Made by a program: the position numbers and the translations under genes. The notes below the pieces were generated by a model. The model did no database searches. It was not told the origin of the DNA and worked only from the letters and a program-made list of their open reading frames with translations. From Microbacteriaceae bacterium (GTDB lineage Bacteria > Actinomycetota > Actinomycetes > Actinomycetales > Microbacteriaceae), in assembly GCA_031428675.1 (NCBI GenBank), contig JANOYC010000052.1, forward strand, positions 7,690-71,689: a DNA stretch of 64,000 nucleotides, read 5' to 3'. Every line of letters starts with the position of its first letter. Positions within the stretch are counted from its first letter, which is position 1. Positions 23,255 through 32,296 of the stretch are shown piece after piece.

Positions 23255-23775
23255 TGGTCGTAGTTTCCTGACTTGCTTGTGGTGCGGTGTGGATCGAGGT
23301 GGGAGGCTGCTCTGACTAGGTCTGCGGTCGCCGGCAGGCGGAGGTAGCTGTCGACATCGGTAGTGGCGTCGGGGCCGTCGAGTCTCCAGCGGATGCGCGT
23401 GAGGCCGTCGCGTTCAACGACCCGATCGATTGCAAGGCTCGCGCGATCGAACCCGCGGATGACGTCGGCCGCGATGAATATCGCCTCGCGTCCCGCGATG
23501 GCGAGTTCGATACCCGCATCGAACACCCGCACGGTGACGCGGCCTCGGAAACCCAGCCGATCGGCAACGATGCGTTCGAGGGGGGCGTCGGCCGACGTGG
23601 TCGCGACATAGAAGCCGGCAACCGTCAGGTGCGGTTCTCCGGCCGTGGCCGGGGTCGCTCCCGGGACGGTGAGGCCCGCCTGCCGACGGCCGCGGGCGCG
23701 CCAGCCGAGCACCATGAGCACGAGAAGCAACGCGAGAACGGCAAGCACGAGCGCCGCCGCGAGCGGCTTATCCAC
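23251..23775 (-). CDS. conserved membrane-anchored protein of the pyr operon (function unknown)
   Basis: One N-terminal TM helix ([20 protein letters not shown]) followed by a soluble domain, in the pyrC-carA slot that holds a membrane protein in mycobacteria. GTG at 23775 chosen (8-nt overlap with pyrC); ORF-track start 23832 overlaps pyrC by 65 nt. Confidence 0.6.
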   Translation of the reverse strand: MDKPLAAALVLAVLALLLVLMVLGWRARGRRQAGLTVPGATPATAGEPHLTVAGFYVATTSADAPLERIVADRLGFRGRVTVRVFDAGIELAIAGREAIFIAADVIRGFDRASLAIDRVVERDGLTRIRWRLDGPDATTDVDSYLRLPATADLVRAASHLDPHRTTSKSGNYDQ

Positions 23776-25105
23776 GGGCGTTCCGAATCGCTTCGCGGTG
23801 ATCGCGCACGACATCTGCGGCTGCGAGCTCACCGTCGGCTACCGTGGCGACGCCGCCGTGGATCGTATGTACCACGCGTCCAGGCAGCACTCGGTCCAGG
23901 TAGGGCGAGTTCACACCCTTGCCCCGGAGGTGCGTGGTGCTGAAGGTGCGCGATGCGGTCGGGTCGACCAGGGTCAGGTGCGCGGGCGAGCCGACCGAGA
24001 ACGGCGAGTCGTATCCGTCCAGGCGGCCGATACGCGCTGGCGTGGCTGAGAGCACGCGCGCGACGTCTGACCAGTCGAGCAGTCCCGTGTCGACCACTGC
24101 AGCTTGCACGACGCTGAGTGCGGACTCGAGACCAACCATGCCGAACGACGCCTCGTCCCAAGCGCATTCCTTCGACTCGACCGGGTGCGGGGCGTGGTCG
24201 GTGGCGACGATGTCGATCGTGCCGTCGGCAAGTCCGGCGCGCAGAGCGTGCACATCCTCGTCTCGGCGAAGGGGCGGGTTGACCTTGAATCTCGCGTCGT
24301 AGCTGCTCACGAGCTGCTCGGTGAGCAGAAGGTGGTGAGGGGTGACCTCTGCAGTGACCTTGATGCCGCGGGCTTTCGCCCAGCGCACCACGTCGACCGA
24401 TCCCGCAGTCGAGACGTGGCAGATATGCAACCGAGCGCCAACGTGCTGGGCGAGCAACACATCGCGGGCGATGATCGACTCCTCGGCGACCGCCGGCCAC
24501 CCGGCGAGGCCGAGCTCGCCCGACAGAGTTCCCTCGTTCATTTGAGCGCCCTCAGTGAGGCGCGGTTCCTGAGCGTGCTGGGCGACCACACCCCCGAAGG
24601 TCGTCACGTATTCGAGAGCTCGCCGCATCAAGAGGGCGTCGTGCACGCATTTGCCGTCATCGCTGAACACGCGAACTTTGGCGCGCGACTTGGCCATCGC
24701 GCCGATCTCCGAGAGTCGCTCCCCCGCAAGCCCGGCGGTGACCGCCCCGATCGGACGCACGGTCACGTAGCCGTGTTGTTCTCCGAGCGCTTGAACTTGC
24801 TCGACCACCCCAGCGGTGTCTTGCACCGGCTGGGTGTTCGCCATGGCGAAGACAGCGGTGAATCCGCCGAATGCGGCCGCCCGCGACCCGGTGAGCACGG
24901 TCTCACTCTGCTCGAACCCCGGTTCACGCAGATGCGTGTGCAGGTCAACGAGACCCGGGAGCGCCTGCAGACCATGGGCGTCGACGACTCGCGCCCCGGC
25001 AGTGGAAAGCGATGCGCCGACCGCGGTGATCACTCCCCCGTCGATTGCGAGGTCGGTGCGCGATCCGCCCGGCAGGGTCGCGCCAGAGATGATGGTCGTG
25101 GTCAC
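23768..25105 (-). CDS. pyrC: dihydroorotase
   Basis: 445 aa with metal site [10 protein letters not shown] and amidohydrolase fold motifs. Confidence 0.95.
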   Translation of the reverse strand: MTTTIISGATLPGGSRTDLAIDGGVITAVGASLSTAGARVVDAHGLQALPGLVDLHTHLREPGFEQSETVLTGSRAAAFGGFTAVFAMANTQPVQDTAGVVEQVQALGEQHGYVTVRPIGAVTAGLAGERLSEIGAMAKSRAKVRVFSDDGKCVHDALLMRRALEYVTTFGGVVAQHAQEPRLTEGAQMNEGTLSGELGLAGWPAVAEESIIARDVLLAQHVGARLHICHVSTAGSVDVVRWAKARGIKVTAEVTPHHLLLTEQLVSSYDARFKVNPPLRRDEDVHALRAGLADGTIDIVATDHAPHPVESKECAWDEASFGMVGLESALSVVQAAVVDTGLLDWSDVARVLSATPARIGRLDGYDSPFSVGSPAHLTLVDPTASRTFSTTHLRGKGVNSPYLDRVLPGRVVHTIHGGVATVADGELAAADVVRDHREAIRNARG

Positions 25106-26055
25106 AGGTCAGCCTCCGTGGTTCCGGCGAGAAGTAGGTAGAGCACGGCCATCCGAACTGACACTCCGTTCGCAACCTGCTCGAGCACTGTCGAGCGAGC
25201 CGAGTCTGCTGCGGCCGCCGAGATCTCGAGCCCGCGATTCATTGGGCCGGGATGCATAACCATCGTATTCGCGGGCAGTCTCTCGAGTCGCTCGTCGTCG
25301 AGGCCCCACTCACGGGCGTACTCACGCGCGCTGGGAAAGAACGCCGCATGCATCCGCTCGCTCTGGATGCGCAGCATCATCACCACGTCGGGACTTGCGT
25401 CAACGGCCTTATCGAAGTCGAACCCGGTCGTCACCGGCCATTCGGCTACGTGAACTGGTAGCAGTGTTGCGGGAGCGATCAAGCTAACCCGAGCACCGAG
25501 GGTCGTCAGTAGCCACACGTTCGATCGCACGACACGGGAGTGCAGGATGTCGCCGACGATTGTCACGCGAACGCCATCGAGGTCTTTGCCGCGCGACCCG
25601 AGCCCGTGCAGCCGCTTGCGCATGGTGAAGGCGTCGAGGAGGGCCTGGGTCGGGTGCTCATGCGTTCCGTCGCCGGCGTTGACGACTCCCGCATCAATCC
25701 AGCCACTTTGAGCCAGCACCTGCGGTGCGCCCGACGATGAATGCCGGATGACCACAGCATCCGCGCCCATTGCGGCAAGTGTCTGCGCGGTGTCTTTCAG
25801 GCTCTCGCCCTTGGATACGCTCGATCCCTTCGCGCTGAAGGTGATCACGTCGGCGCTCAGTCGCTTGGCGGCCGCCTCGAAGGAGATGCGTGTGCGCGTC
25901 GAGTCTTCGAAGAACAGGTTGACGACCGTCTTGCCGCGGAGTGTTGGCAGCTTCTTCACGTCGCGAGTGGCGACCTGCGCCATGTCCTCGGCGACGTCGA
26001 GGATGCGGATGGCGGTGGCCCGATCGAGGGTTGCGGTGCTCAGCAGATGCTTCAT
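25102..26055 (-). CDS. pyrB: aspartate carbamoyltransferase catalytic subunit
   Basis: 317 aa with STRTRISFE and [10 protein letters not shown]. Confidence 0.97.
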   Translation of the reverse strand: MKHLLSTATLDRATAIRILDVAEDMAQVATRDVKKLPTLRGKTVVNLFFEDSTRTRISFEAAAKRLSADVITFSAKGSSVSKGESLKDTAQTLAAMGADAVVIRHSSSGAPQVLAQSGWIDAGVVNAGDGTHEHPTQALLDAFTMRKRLHGLGSRGKDLDGVRVTIVGDILHSRVVRSNVWLLTTLGARVSLIAPATLLPVHVAEWPVTTGFDFDKAVDASPDVVMMLRIQSERMHAAFFPSAREYAREWGLDDERLERLPANTMVMHPGPMNRGLEISAAAADSARSTVLEQVANGVSVRMAVLYLLLAGTTEADL

Positions 26056-26582
26056 GACTCGATCGCCACTTCGTCAATGCCGTCGGTTTCGACAAGGCGC
26101 ACATTGATGCGCTCATCCGCCGCCGTCGGCAAGTTCTTGCCCACGAAATCGGCTCGGATGGGGAGTTCACGATGGCCGCGATCGACGAGCGCGGCGAGGC
26201 GCACGACCCGGGGGCGACCGTAGTCGGCGATGGCGTCGAGCGCAGCGCGGATGGTGCGTCCCGAGTAGAGCACGTCGTCGACAAGCACGACGGTCTTGCC
26301 GGTGATGCCGCCAGCGGGAAGCTGAGTCGGCGCCGGAGCCCGTGTCGGCTGGGTCGCGAGGTCATCGCGATACATGGTGACGTCGAGGTAGCCGACCGCC
26401 ACCGAACCGGGGTCGATCGCGTTGAGGATGTCGGCGATCCTTTGGCCGAGAATAGCCCCGCGCGTGGGAATGCCCAAGATTACGAGGTCTGCACTCCCCC
26501 GATTGGACTCAAGGATCTCGTGGGAGATACGAGTCAACGCTCGGGTGACGTCAGATTGCTGCAGCACGGTTCGGGCAGCCAT
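26052..26582 (-). CDS. pyrR: bifunctional pyr operon regulator / uracil phosphoribosyltransferase
   Basis: 176 aa with PRPP motif [18 protein letters not shown]. First gene of the pyr operon. Confidence 0.95.
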   Translation of the reverse strand: MAARTVLQQSDVTRALTRISHEILESNRGSADLVILGIPTRGAILGQRIADILNAIDPGSVAVGYLDVTMYRDDLATQPTRAPAPTQLPAGGITGKTVVLVDDVLYSGRTIRAALDAIADYGRPRVVRLAALVDRGHRELPIRADFVGKNLPTAADERINVRLVETDGIDEVAIES

Positions 26583-26587
26583 CGTGA

Positions 26588-26615
26588 CCTCCTTCCCCGC
26601 CTCTCTGGACGGAAC
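26588..26615 (-). promoter_or_regulatory. PyrR-binding RNA hairpin overlapping the pyrR Shine-Dalgarno
   Basis: Minus-strand RNA reads UUCCG-UCCAGAGAGG-CGGGGAAGGAGG-UCACG-AUG. UCCAGAGAGGC matches the conserved PyrR binding-loop core. The 3' half of the stem runs into the GGAGG SD 5 nt before the ATG, as in the mycobacterial translational-repression arrangement. Confidence 0.7.
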
Positions 26616-26685
26616 TTAAAGGATGTCTAGCGAAAGAACTCTACCACCGCGCGGCGCTCCCGCGGCTCGCGCAGCAGATGCCACC

Positions 26686-26751
26686 GAGAGTGCCCGTTCG
26701 GGACGAGAAGGACGCGGCGCGCACGCACTCTTGTCCCAAACGGGCACTCTC
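26686..26751 (-). other. long imperfect hairpin (22-bp arms) in the nusB-pyrR spacer
   Basis: 26686-26707 gagagtgcccgttcgggacgag pairs with 26730-26751 cttgtcccaaacgggcactctc. As minus-strand RNA this gives 20 Watson-Crick pairs, 1 G-U and 1 mismatch. No U-tract follows. Confidence 0.6.
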
Positions 26752-26752
26752 A

Positions 26753-26806
26753 GCGGGTGCTGCTGCGGGCGCGGGTGCGGGTGCGGATGCGGGTGCGGAT
26801 GCCGGG
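26753..26806. repeat. tandem hexanucleotide repeat (GCGGGT/GCGGAT, about 9 units)
   Basis: Units read gcgggt gctgct gcgggc gcgggt gcgggt gcggat gcgggt gcggat gccggg. Lies between the nusB stop (26820) and the hairpin, so it is non-coding. Confidence 0.85.
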
Positions 26807-26819
26807 GCGTCCGCCGCGC

Positions 26820-27233
26820 CTAGGCGCGTGTGGAGGCGATCCGGCCGAGCAGGCCGTTGATGAAGCCGGCCGAGTCCTCGGTGCTGAGGACGGTCGCGGA
26901 TTCCACGGCCTCGGCAATGGCGACGCCAGCGGGAACCTCGTCGTTGAACACGACCTCCCAGATGCCGATGCGCACGATCGCGCGATCGACCGCGGGCATG
27001 CGATTGATCGTCCAGCCCTGCGAATACGTCTCGATCATCTCGTCGATCTCGTCGCCGTGGTCGACGACGCCTTCCACGATCGCCTTCGCGTACGTCCACG
27101 ACGACTCGCGCTTGCGATCGATAGCGGCGCGTTCCACCTCCCGACCGAGGGCCGCATTGATCGACTCTTGGCGGACATCCGCGCCATACAGGATGTCGAG
27201 TGCGCGCTTTCGCGCCTTGCTTCTCGCGCTCAT
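26820..27233 (-). CDS. nusB: transcription antitermination factor NusB
   Basis: 137 aa beginning SARSKARKRALDILYGADV, all-helical NusB profile, downstream of efp. Confidence 0.93.
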   Translation of the reverse strand: MSARSKARKRALDILYGADVRQESINAALGREVERAAIDRKRESSWTYAKAIVEGVVDHGDEIDEMIETYSQGWTINRMPAVDRAIVRIGIWEVVFNDEVPAGVAIAEAVESATVLSTEDSAGFINGLLGRIASTRA

Positions 27234-27245
27234 TGCCGAGCCGCG

Positions 27246-27806
27246 CTAGGAAACACGGCCGAGGTAGCTGCCGTCGCGCGTGTCGACCTTTACCTTGGTG
27301 CCGGTCTCGAGGAACAGCGGAACCTGAATCTGGTAACCGGTTTCGACGGTTGCGGGCTTCGTACCACCGGTCGAGCGATCGCCCTGGAGGCCGGGCTCCG
27401 TGTAGGTGATCTCGAGCACAACCGAGGCCGGGAGTTCGACATAGAGCGGCTCGCCGTTGTGCAGGGCCACTGTTACCGACTGATTCTCGAGCATGAAGTT
27501 CGCGGCGTCGCCCACCTGCGCTTCCGAGAGCGTGATCTGGTCGTAGTCTGCCGTGTTCATGAACACGTAGTTCTCGCCGTCCTTGTACAGGTACTGGTAG
27601 TCGCTGCGGTCGACGGTCTCGGTCTCGATCTTCGCGCCGGCGTTGAACGTGCGGTCGACAACCTTGCCGGTCATCACGTTCTTAACCTTGGTGCGCACGA
27701 ACGCCCCGCCTTTGCCTGGCTTGACGTGCTGGAACTCGATGACGGTCCAGAGTTGTCCGTCCATGTTGAGAACGACGCCGTTCCGGATATCGCTAGTGGA
27801 AGCCAT
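27246..27806 (-). CDS. efp: elongation factor P
   Basis: 186 aa with [19 protein letters not shown]. Confidence 0.97.
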   Translation of the reverse strand: MASTSDIRNGVVLNMDGQLWTVIEFQHVKPGKGGAFVRTKVKNVMTGKVVDRTFNAGAKIETETVDRSDYQYLYKDGENYVFMNTADYDQITLSEAQVGDAANFMLENQSVTVALHNGEPLYVELPASVVLEITYTEPGLQGDRSTGGTKPATVETGYQIQVPLFLETGTKVKVDTRDGSYLGRVS

Positions 27807-27941
27807 CGCTTACATTTTCCGTTCAGTGGTTGTGGGCCGCATTCAAGGAATGCGGGCATCCAGGACTGGGAGGTCTGTCCATCCGCGCGAGTTCGCATCG
27901 TGAACCGCGGGCCCGACTAGACCGCCCTAGAGCCTACCCGC

Positions 27942-28382
27942 TCAGTCGGACGATCGCCCAATGGCGACGAGAGCGAGGGAGTACGAGTCGAATCCGAATC
28001 CCGCGATCACTCCGGATGCGACGGCGGAGATGACGCTTGAGTGCCGGAACTCTTCGCGTGCGTGCGGATTGGAGATGTGCACCTCGATGAGCCGCAGGCC
28101 GGCCTTGGTGACGAGCGCCGCGGCATCCCGAAGTGCGTAGGAGTAGTGCGTGAATGCGGCCGGGTTCAGGATGACCGGTGACGCGGTGTCGACGGCTTCG
28201 TAGAGCCAGGCGATGAGTTCCGCTTCGTCATTCGTCTGGCGCAGGTCGATCGTCGTACCGGCGGGCGCCTCGGACTCGAGGACGACGCGGAGGTCGTCGA
28301 GCGTGCCACTGCCGTACACCTCGGGCTCACGGCTGCCCAGCCGCCCCAGATTCGGACCGTTCAGCACCAGCACTCTGCTCAT
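27942..28382 (-). CDS. aroQ: type II 3-dehydroquinate dehydratase
   Basis: 146 aa with VLNGPNLGRLGSREPEVYG and EVHISNPHAREEFRH. Confidence 0.96.
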   Translation of the reverse strand: MSRVLVLNGPNLGRLGSREPEVYGSGTLDDLRVVLESEAPAGTTIDLRQTNDEAELIAWLYEAVDTASPVILNPAAFTHYSYALRDAAALVTKAGLRLIEVHISNPHAREEFRHSSVISAVASGVIAGFGFDSYSLALVAIGRSSD

Positions 28383-28477
28383 CCGGCCAGCCTAGCGGCA
28401 GCGTATTAGCCGCCCGAACGGTGGGCCCCCGGGCACGAGCGGCCGACGCCACCGCGCTCGCGTGCATTGCCCACTGC

Positions 28478-28559
28478 GCGAAATTCAGGCACGAAGAACT
28501 GGATGCCGGCGAGTCACGCGCGGCGCACCGCATGTGCGTGCGCGGTGCCTGAATTTCGC
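28478..28559. repeat. 82-bp palindromic intergenic element, copy 1
   Basis: Arms gcgaaattcaggcac (28478-28492) and gtgcctgaatttcgc (28545-28559) are perfect 15-nt inverted repeats. The same arms and the same 82-bp span recur at 50981-51062 and 51199-51280. Confidence 0.85.
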
Positions 28560-28614
28560 ACAGGAGGTGGGCGGGGAGCGTGCGCGTGCGCGGTGAGCTG
28601 AGGGTGCGAGCTCT

Positions 28615-29694
28615 CTATTCAGCGAGCTCTTGGTAGGCGGCGAAGAGCAGCGATTCCTCAGGCGCGGTGAGCACCGTCGGGCGGCCGATGCCGTCGAGGA
28701 CGATGAATCGCAACATTCCAGCACGCGTCTTCTTGTCGCGCTGCATCGTTGCGAGCAACGTATTCCAGCGACCAGCCGGGTAGGTGATCGGCAGCGACAG
28801 CGACGACAGGATGCGCCGGTGCCGGTCGACAATGTCGTCGCTGAGTCCTCGGGTCAGTCGGGCCAGTTCCGCGGCGAACACCATGCCGATAGCGATCGCG
28901 GCCCCGTGCCGCCACTGGTAGCGCTCGGCGTGCTCGATCGCATGCCCGAGTGTGTGGCCGTAGTTCAGGATCTCGCGGAGTCCCGTCTCGGTAAAGTCTT
29001 CGCTCACCACGCGCGCTTTCATCGCGATCGCGAGTTCGATGACGCGGCGGAACTCGCGCGTTGACGGGTCGACCGCGCGCTCAAGGTTGTTCTCGTAGAT
29101 GTCGAGAATCTCCGGCTCGGCGATGAAACCAGCCTTGACGATCTCGGCCGATCCCGCGAGGATCTCGTTTCGCGGCAGCGAGGTGAGAAGGTCGAGGTCG
29201 ACGATGACGGCTTGCGGGGCGTAGAACGCGCCAACGAGGTTCTTCCCCTCCGCCGTGTTGATGCCGGTCTTGCCGCCGACCGCGGCATCCACCATGCCGA
29301 GCACAGTCGTCGGCACCTGAATAAGAGGCACCCCTCGAAGCCAGGTGGCGGCAACGAAGCCGGCGAGGTCGGTAGTGGCGCCGCCGCCGAGGCCGATCAC
29401 GGCATCCGTGCGGGTGAAATCGGTCTGCCCCATGATCTGCCAGCAGAAAGCCGCAACCTCCACGCGCTTCGCCGCTTCGGAGTCGGGAATCTCGGCCAAC
29501 AGCACTTCGTATCGATCGAGCAGACTTTCGCGGAGCCTTGCCGCTTGAGCACCGAGAGACGGAGCGTGCACGATGAGCACCTTCGTAGCTTTCTGCCCGA
29601 TCACGCTCCCGAGTTCGCCCACCAGACCGCGCCCAATGGTGATGTCATACGCGTTCGTGCCCGAGACGGTGATGGTCGTGGTGTCCGCGTTCAT
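28615..29694 (-). CDS. aroB: 3-dehydroquinate synthase
   Basis: 359 aa with GGGATTDLAGFVAATWLRG and HGHTLGHAIE-type metal site. The ATG at 29694 overlaps the aroK stop (ATGA); ORF-track start 29823 is over-extended. Confidence 0.94.
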   Translation of the reverse strand: MNADTTTITVSGTNAYDITIGRGLVGELGSVIGQKATKVLIVHAPSLGAQAARLRESLLDRYEVLLAEIPDSEAAKRVEVAAFCWQIMGQTDFTRTDAVIGLGGGATTDLAGFVAATWLRGVPLIQVPTTVLGMVDAAVGGKTGINTAEGKNLVGAFYAPQAVIVDLDLLTSLPRNEILAGSAEIVKAGFIAEPEILDIYENNLERAVDPSTREFRRVIELAIAMKARVVSEDFTETGLREILNYGHTLGHAIEHAERYQWRHGAAIAIGMVFAAELARLTRGLSDDIVDRHRRILSSLSLPITYPAGRWNTLLATMQRDKKTRAGMLRFIVLDGIGRPTVLTAPEESLLFAAYQELAE

Positions 29695-30188
29695 AGTGTG
29701 TCCTCCGCCGCCCACGCGGCTATGTCCCCGGCTATCGCGTCGATCGGTCGGTTCGAGGTGTCCCAGCTGCGCGATGCGAGTTGTTGATATATCGGCATTC
29801 TGGCGTCGACGAGCGATTTCCACGCGTCCATGCCGCCGGAAGCCAGGAGCGGACGCTTCGAGCCGGTGATCCGGGCTTCGACCGCTGCTGGCGAGACGGT
29901 GAGGAGAACGACGCGCCTATTCGCCAGGTCGCGCTGGGTGTCGGGATTCAGGACTGCGCCTCCGCCGAGGGCTACGACTGCGTCGCTCGCTAGTGCAGAT
30001 TCGACCGCCGCCCGTTCGAGTTCACGGAAACGTGTTTCCCCGTCGGTCGCGAAAATGTCAGCTATCGGGCCGTGTTCGGCGACGATCTCCTTGTCGGTAT
30101 CGATGAACCTCGTGCCCAGAAGTTGGGCAACGCGCTTGCCGAGCCGGGTCTTCCCTGCGCCCGGCGGGCCGATGAAAACGAGGCTCAC
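29691..30188 (-). CDS. aroK: shikimate kinase
   Basis: 165 aa with P-loop [15 protein letters not shown]. Confidence 0.93.
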   Translation of the reverse strand: MSLVFIGPPGAGKTRLGKRVAQLLGTRFIDTDKEIVAEHGPIADIFATDGETRFRELERAAVESALASDAVVALGGGAVLNPDTQRDLANRRVVLLTVSPAAVEARITGSKRPLLASGGMDAWKSLVDARMPIYQQLASRSWDTSNRPIDAIAGDIAAWAAEDTL

Positions 30189-31399
30189 GGTGACGCGGTT
30201 GTAGCGGAGCCGCTCGTCGTTCGCAGCGTCGCCGGGATCGCCGACAGGTACGACCCCACGTTGCGGCGGGTCTCTCCCACCGAGTCGCCCCCGAACTTCT
30301 CGAGCATCGCGTTGGCGAGCACGAGCGCGACCATGGCTTCAGCAACCACGCCCGCGGCGGGCACAGCGCACACATCGGAGCGCTGGTGGTGAGCTTCGGC
30401 AGTGGAGCCGGTGGCGACATCCACCGTGCGCAGGGCGTGCGGCACTGTCGAGATCGGCTTCATCGCGGCGCTGACGCGCAAGACGGTGCCCGTGCTCATT
30501 CCCCCCTCGGTGCCGCCGGCACGATCGGTGGTGCGGTGGATGCCGTCGTCGGTCGCGAAGAGCTCGTCGTGAGCTTCGGAACCTCGACGTGCGGCTGTGC
30601 GGAAGCCGTCGCCGATCTCCACCCCTTTGATCGCCTGGATGCCCATGAGCGCCGCCGCAAGCTGCGAGTCGAGTCGGCGGTCCCAGTGTGTGTAGGAGCC
30701 GAGACCGGGAGGGAGGCCGTAGGCGAGAACTTCGACGACGCCGCCCAGAGTGTCGCCGTCTTCGTGGGCTCGGTCAACTTCGGCCACCATGAGCGCGGAG
30801 GTCGCAGCATCCGCGCACCGCAACGGATCGGCGTCGAGGCGATCCACGTCGGATGCGGCGGGCAGTGCCGTACCGTCCGGCACACGCACCGAACCGACCG
30901 AGACAGTGTGGGCCACGAGACTCACGCCGAGTTCGGCGAGGAACGACCGGGCGACCGCGCCGAGGGCGACCCGTGCCGCGGTTTCCCGAGCGCTGGCGCG
31001 CTCTAGCACGTTGCGGGACTCGTCGAAATCGTACTTCTGCATACCGACGAGGTCGGCGTGTCCTGGCCGTGGCCGGGTGAGGGGCGCGCCGCGACCCTTG
31101 GGCAGTGTCTCGGCGTCGACCGGCGTCGCACTCATGACGTCCACCCAACGCGGCCACTCCGTGTTGCCGATGCGGAGCGCGACCGGGCTGCCCATCGTCA
31201 GGCCGAAACGGATTCCGCCGCTGATGCTCAATTCGTCTTGTTCGAATTTCTGCCGCGCGCCACGGCCGTAGCCAAGGGTTCGACGCTTGAGATCAGCTTG
31301 GATCGCTTCCGGCGACACGGGAACGCCAGCCGGCATCCCCTCGAGGATCGCGACGAGTTCCGGGCCATGGGATTCACCCGCGGTCAACCAACGAAGCAT
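30185..31399 (-). CDS. aroC: chorismate synthase
   Basis: Begins [19 protein letters not shown] at 31399; ORF-track start 31489 is over-extended. Confidence 0.95.
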   Translation of the reverse strand: MLRWLTAGESHGPELVAILEGMPAGVPVSPEAIQADLKRRTLGYGRGARQKFEQDELSISGGIRFGLTMGSPVALRIGNTEWPRWVDVMSATPVDAETLPKGRGAPLTRPRPGHADLVGMQKYDFDESRNVLERASARETAARVALGAVARSFLAELGVSLVAHTVSVGSVRVPDGTALPAASDVDRLDADPLRCADAATSALMVAEVDRAHEDGDTLGGVVEVLAYGLPPGLGSYTHWDRRLDSQLAAALMGIQAIKGVEIGDGFRTAARRGSEAHDELFATDDGIHRTTDRAGGTEGGMSTGTVLRVSAAMKPISTVPHALRTVDVATGSTAEAHHQRSDVCAVPAAGVVAEAMVALVLANAMLEKFGGDSVGETRRNVGSYLSAIPATLRTTSGSATTASP

Positions 31400-31442
31400 G
31401 TAATGAATCTTTCCATAGGTGGTTTGCGGCGATGACCGACGA

Positions 31443-32291
31443 CTACGCGCAGACGGCCGATCGCATCGCGGAGACGACAGAATCTTCATCGGCGAGCGGA
31501 CGCTCGGGAGTCCCCGACGTGAAAATGCGGATCTGCACGAGTGCTTGAAAAATCAGCATGTCGATTCCCGGGATGACTCTCCCGCCAGCGGCCGACCACT
31601 GTCTGGCCAACGCGCTCGGCCACGGGTCGTATGCGACATCGAAAAGCACCGACGACTGCAGAACGGCCGTGGGAAAAGGCATTTCCATGGATGCTCCGCC
31701 CGGCACGGTGCTGATAACGGCCGTGGGCGGGGAGATGGTTCCAATCGAGTCGAGGGCGGTGGCGGATGCGTTTGCCCCACACTGCGTCGCCAGTTCTACG
31801 ACGAAGGCGGCCTTCGCTGGCGTTCTCGCCGCGATCGTCACCTCGCGTGCACCGAGGCGGGTTGCAGCGACCGCTGCGGACGCCGCCGTCGCTCCCCCGC
31901 CAACGATGACAACGGAGTCGAGGCGGAGCACGCCGGAACGTTCGAAGGCCTGCTGAATGCCCCAGACATCCGTGTTGAACAAATTCGTCGAGCGGCCGTT
32001 CGTGTCGTGTCGGAACAGCACCGTGTTGGCGGCGCGCGTGAGACGGGCGATGCCGTCGACACTGTCGGCGTAGTGCAGCACCGCGTTCTTCAACGGCATT
32101 GTCAGCGACAAGCCTCGCCACTCTGGCCCGCGAGTGCGGAGGAATTCCCCTAGGGAATCTGTCGTGACGTCGATCGCCTCGTAACTCCAGTCGAGCCCGA
32201 GTTCACGGTAGGCGGCGCGGTGCAGCGCGGGTGACTGGGAATGCGCAATCGGTGACCCGAGCACCGCGAGACTCTGGAGCGTGTCAGCCAC
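31443..32291 (-). CDS. aroE: shikimate dehydrogenase
   Basis: [21 protein letters not shown] and [12 protein letters not shown] at 32291 lies 5 nt after the mltG stop; the start is uncertain. Confidence 0.85.
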   Translation of the reverse strand: MADTLQSLAVLGSPIAHSQSPALHRAAYRELGLDWSYEAIDVTTDSLGEFLRTRGPEWRGLSLTMPLKNAVLHYADSVDGIARLTRAANTVLFRHDTNGRSTNLFNTDVWGIQQAFERSGVLRLDSVVIVGGGATAASAAVAATRLGAREVTIAARTPAKAAFVVELATQCGANASATALDSIGTISPPTAVISTVPGGASMEMPFPTAVLQSSVLFDVAYDPWPSALARQWSAAGGRVIPGIDMLIFQALVQIRIFTSGTPERPLADEDSVVSAMRSAVCA

Positions 32292-32296
32292 GGCTC

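Noticed and set aside
26686-26751. Hairpin as the PyrR-controlled attenuator terminator
   Set aside because: It lies upstream (5') of the PyrR binding loop and has no U-tract. An attenuator terminator would have to follow the binding loop.
26623-26823. 66-aa ORF with a CCGRGCGCGCGCGCRG Cys/Gly repeat (metallothionein- or RiPP-like at first sight)
   Set aside because: The repeat is simply one reading frame of the GCGGGT hexamer array. There is no RBS, the ORF is antisense to the operon direction and overlaps the nusB stop, and other frames give equally repetitive Ala/Pro peptides.
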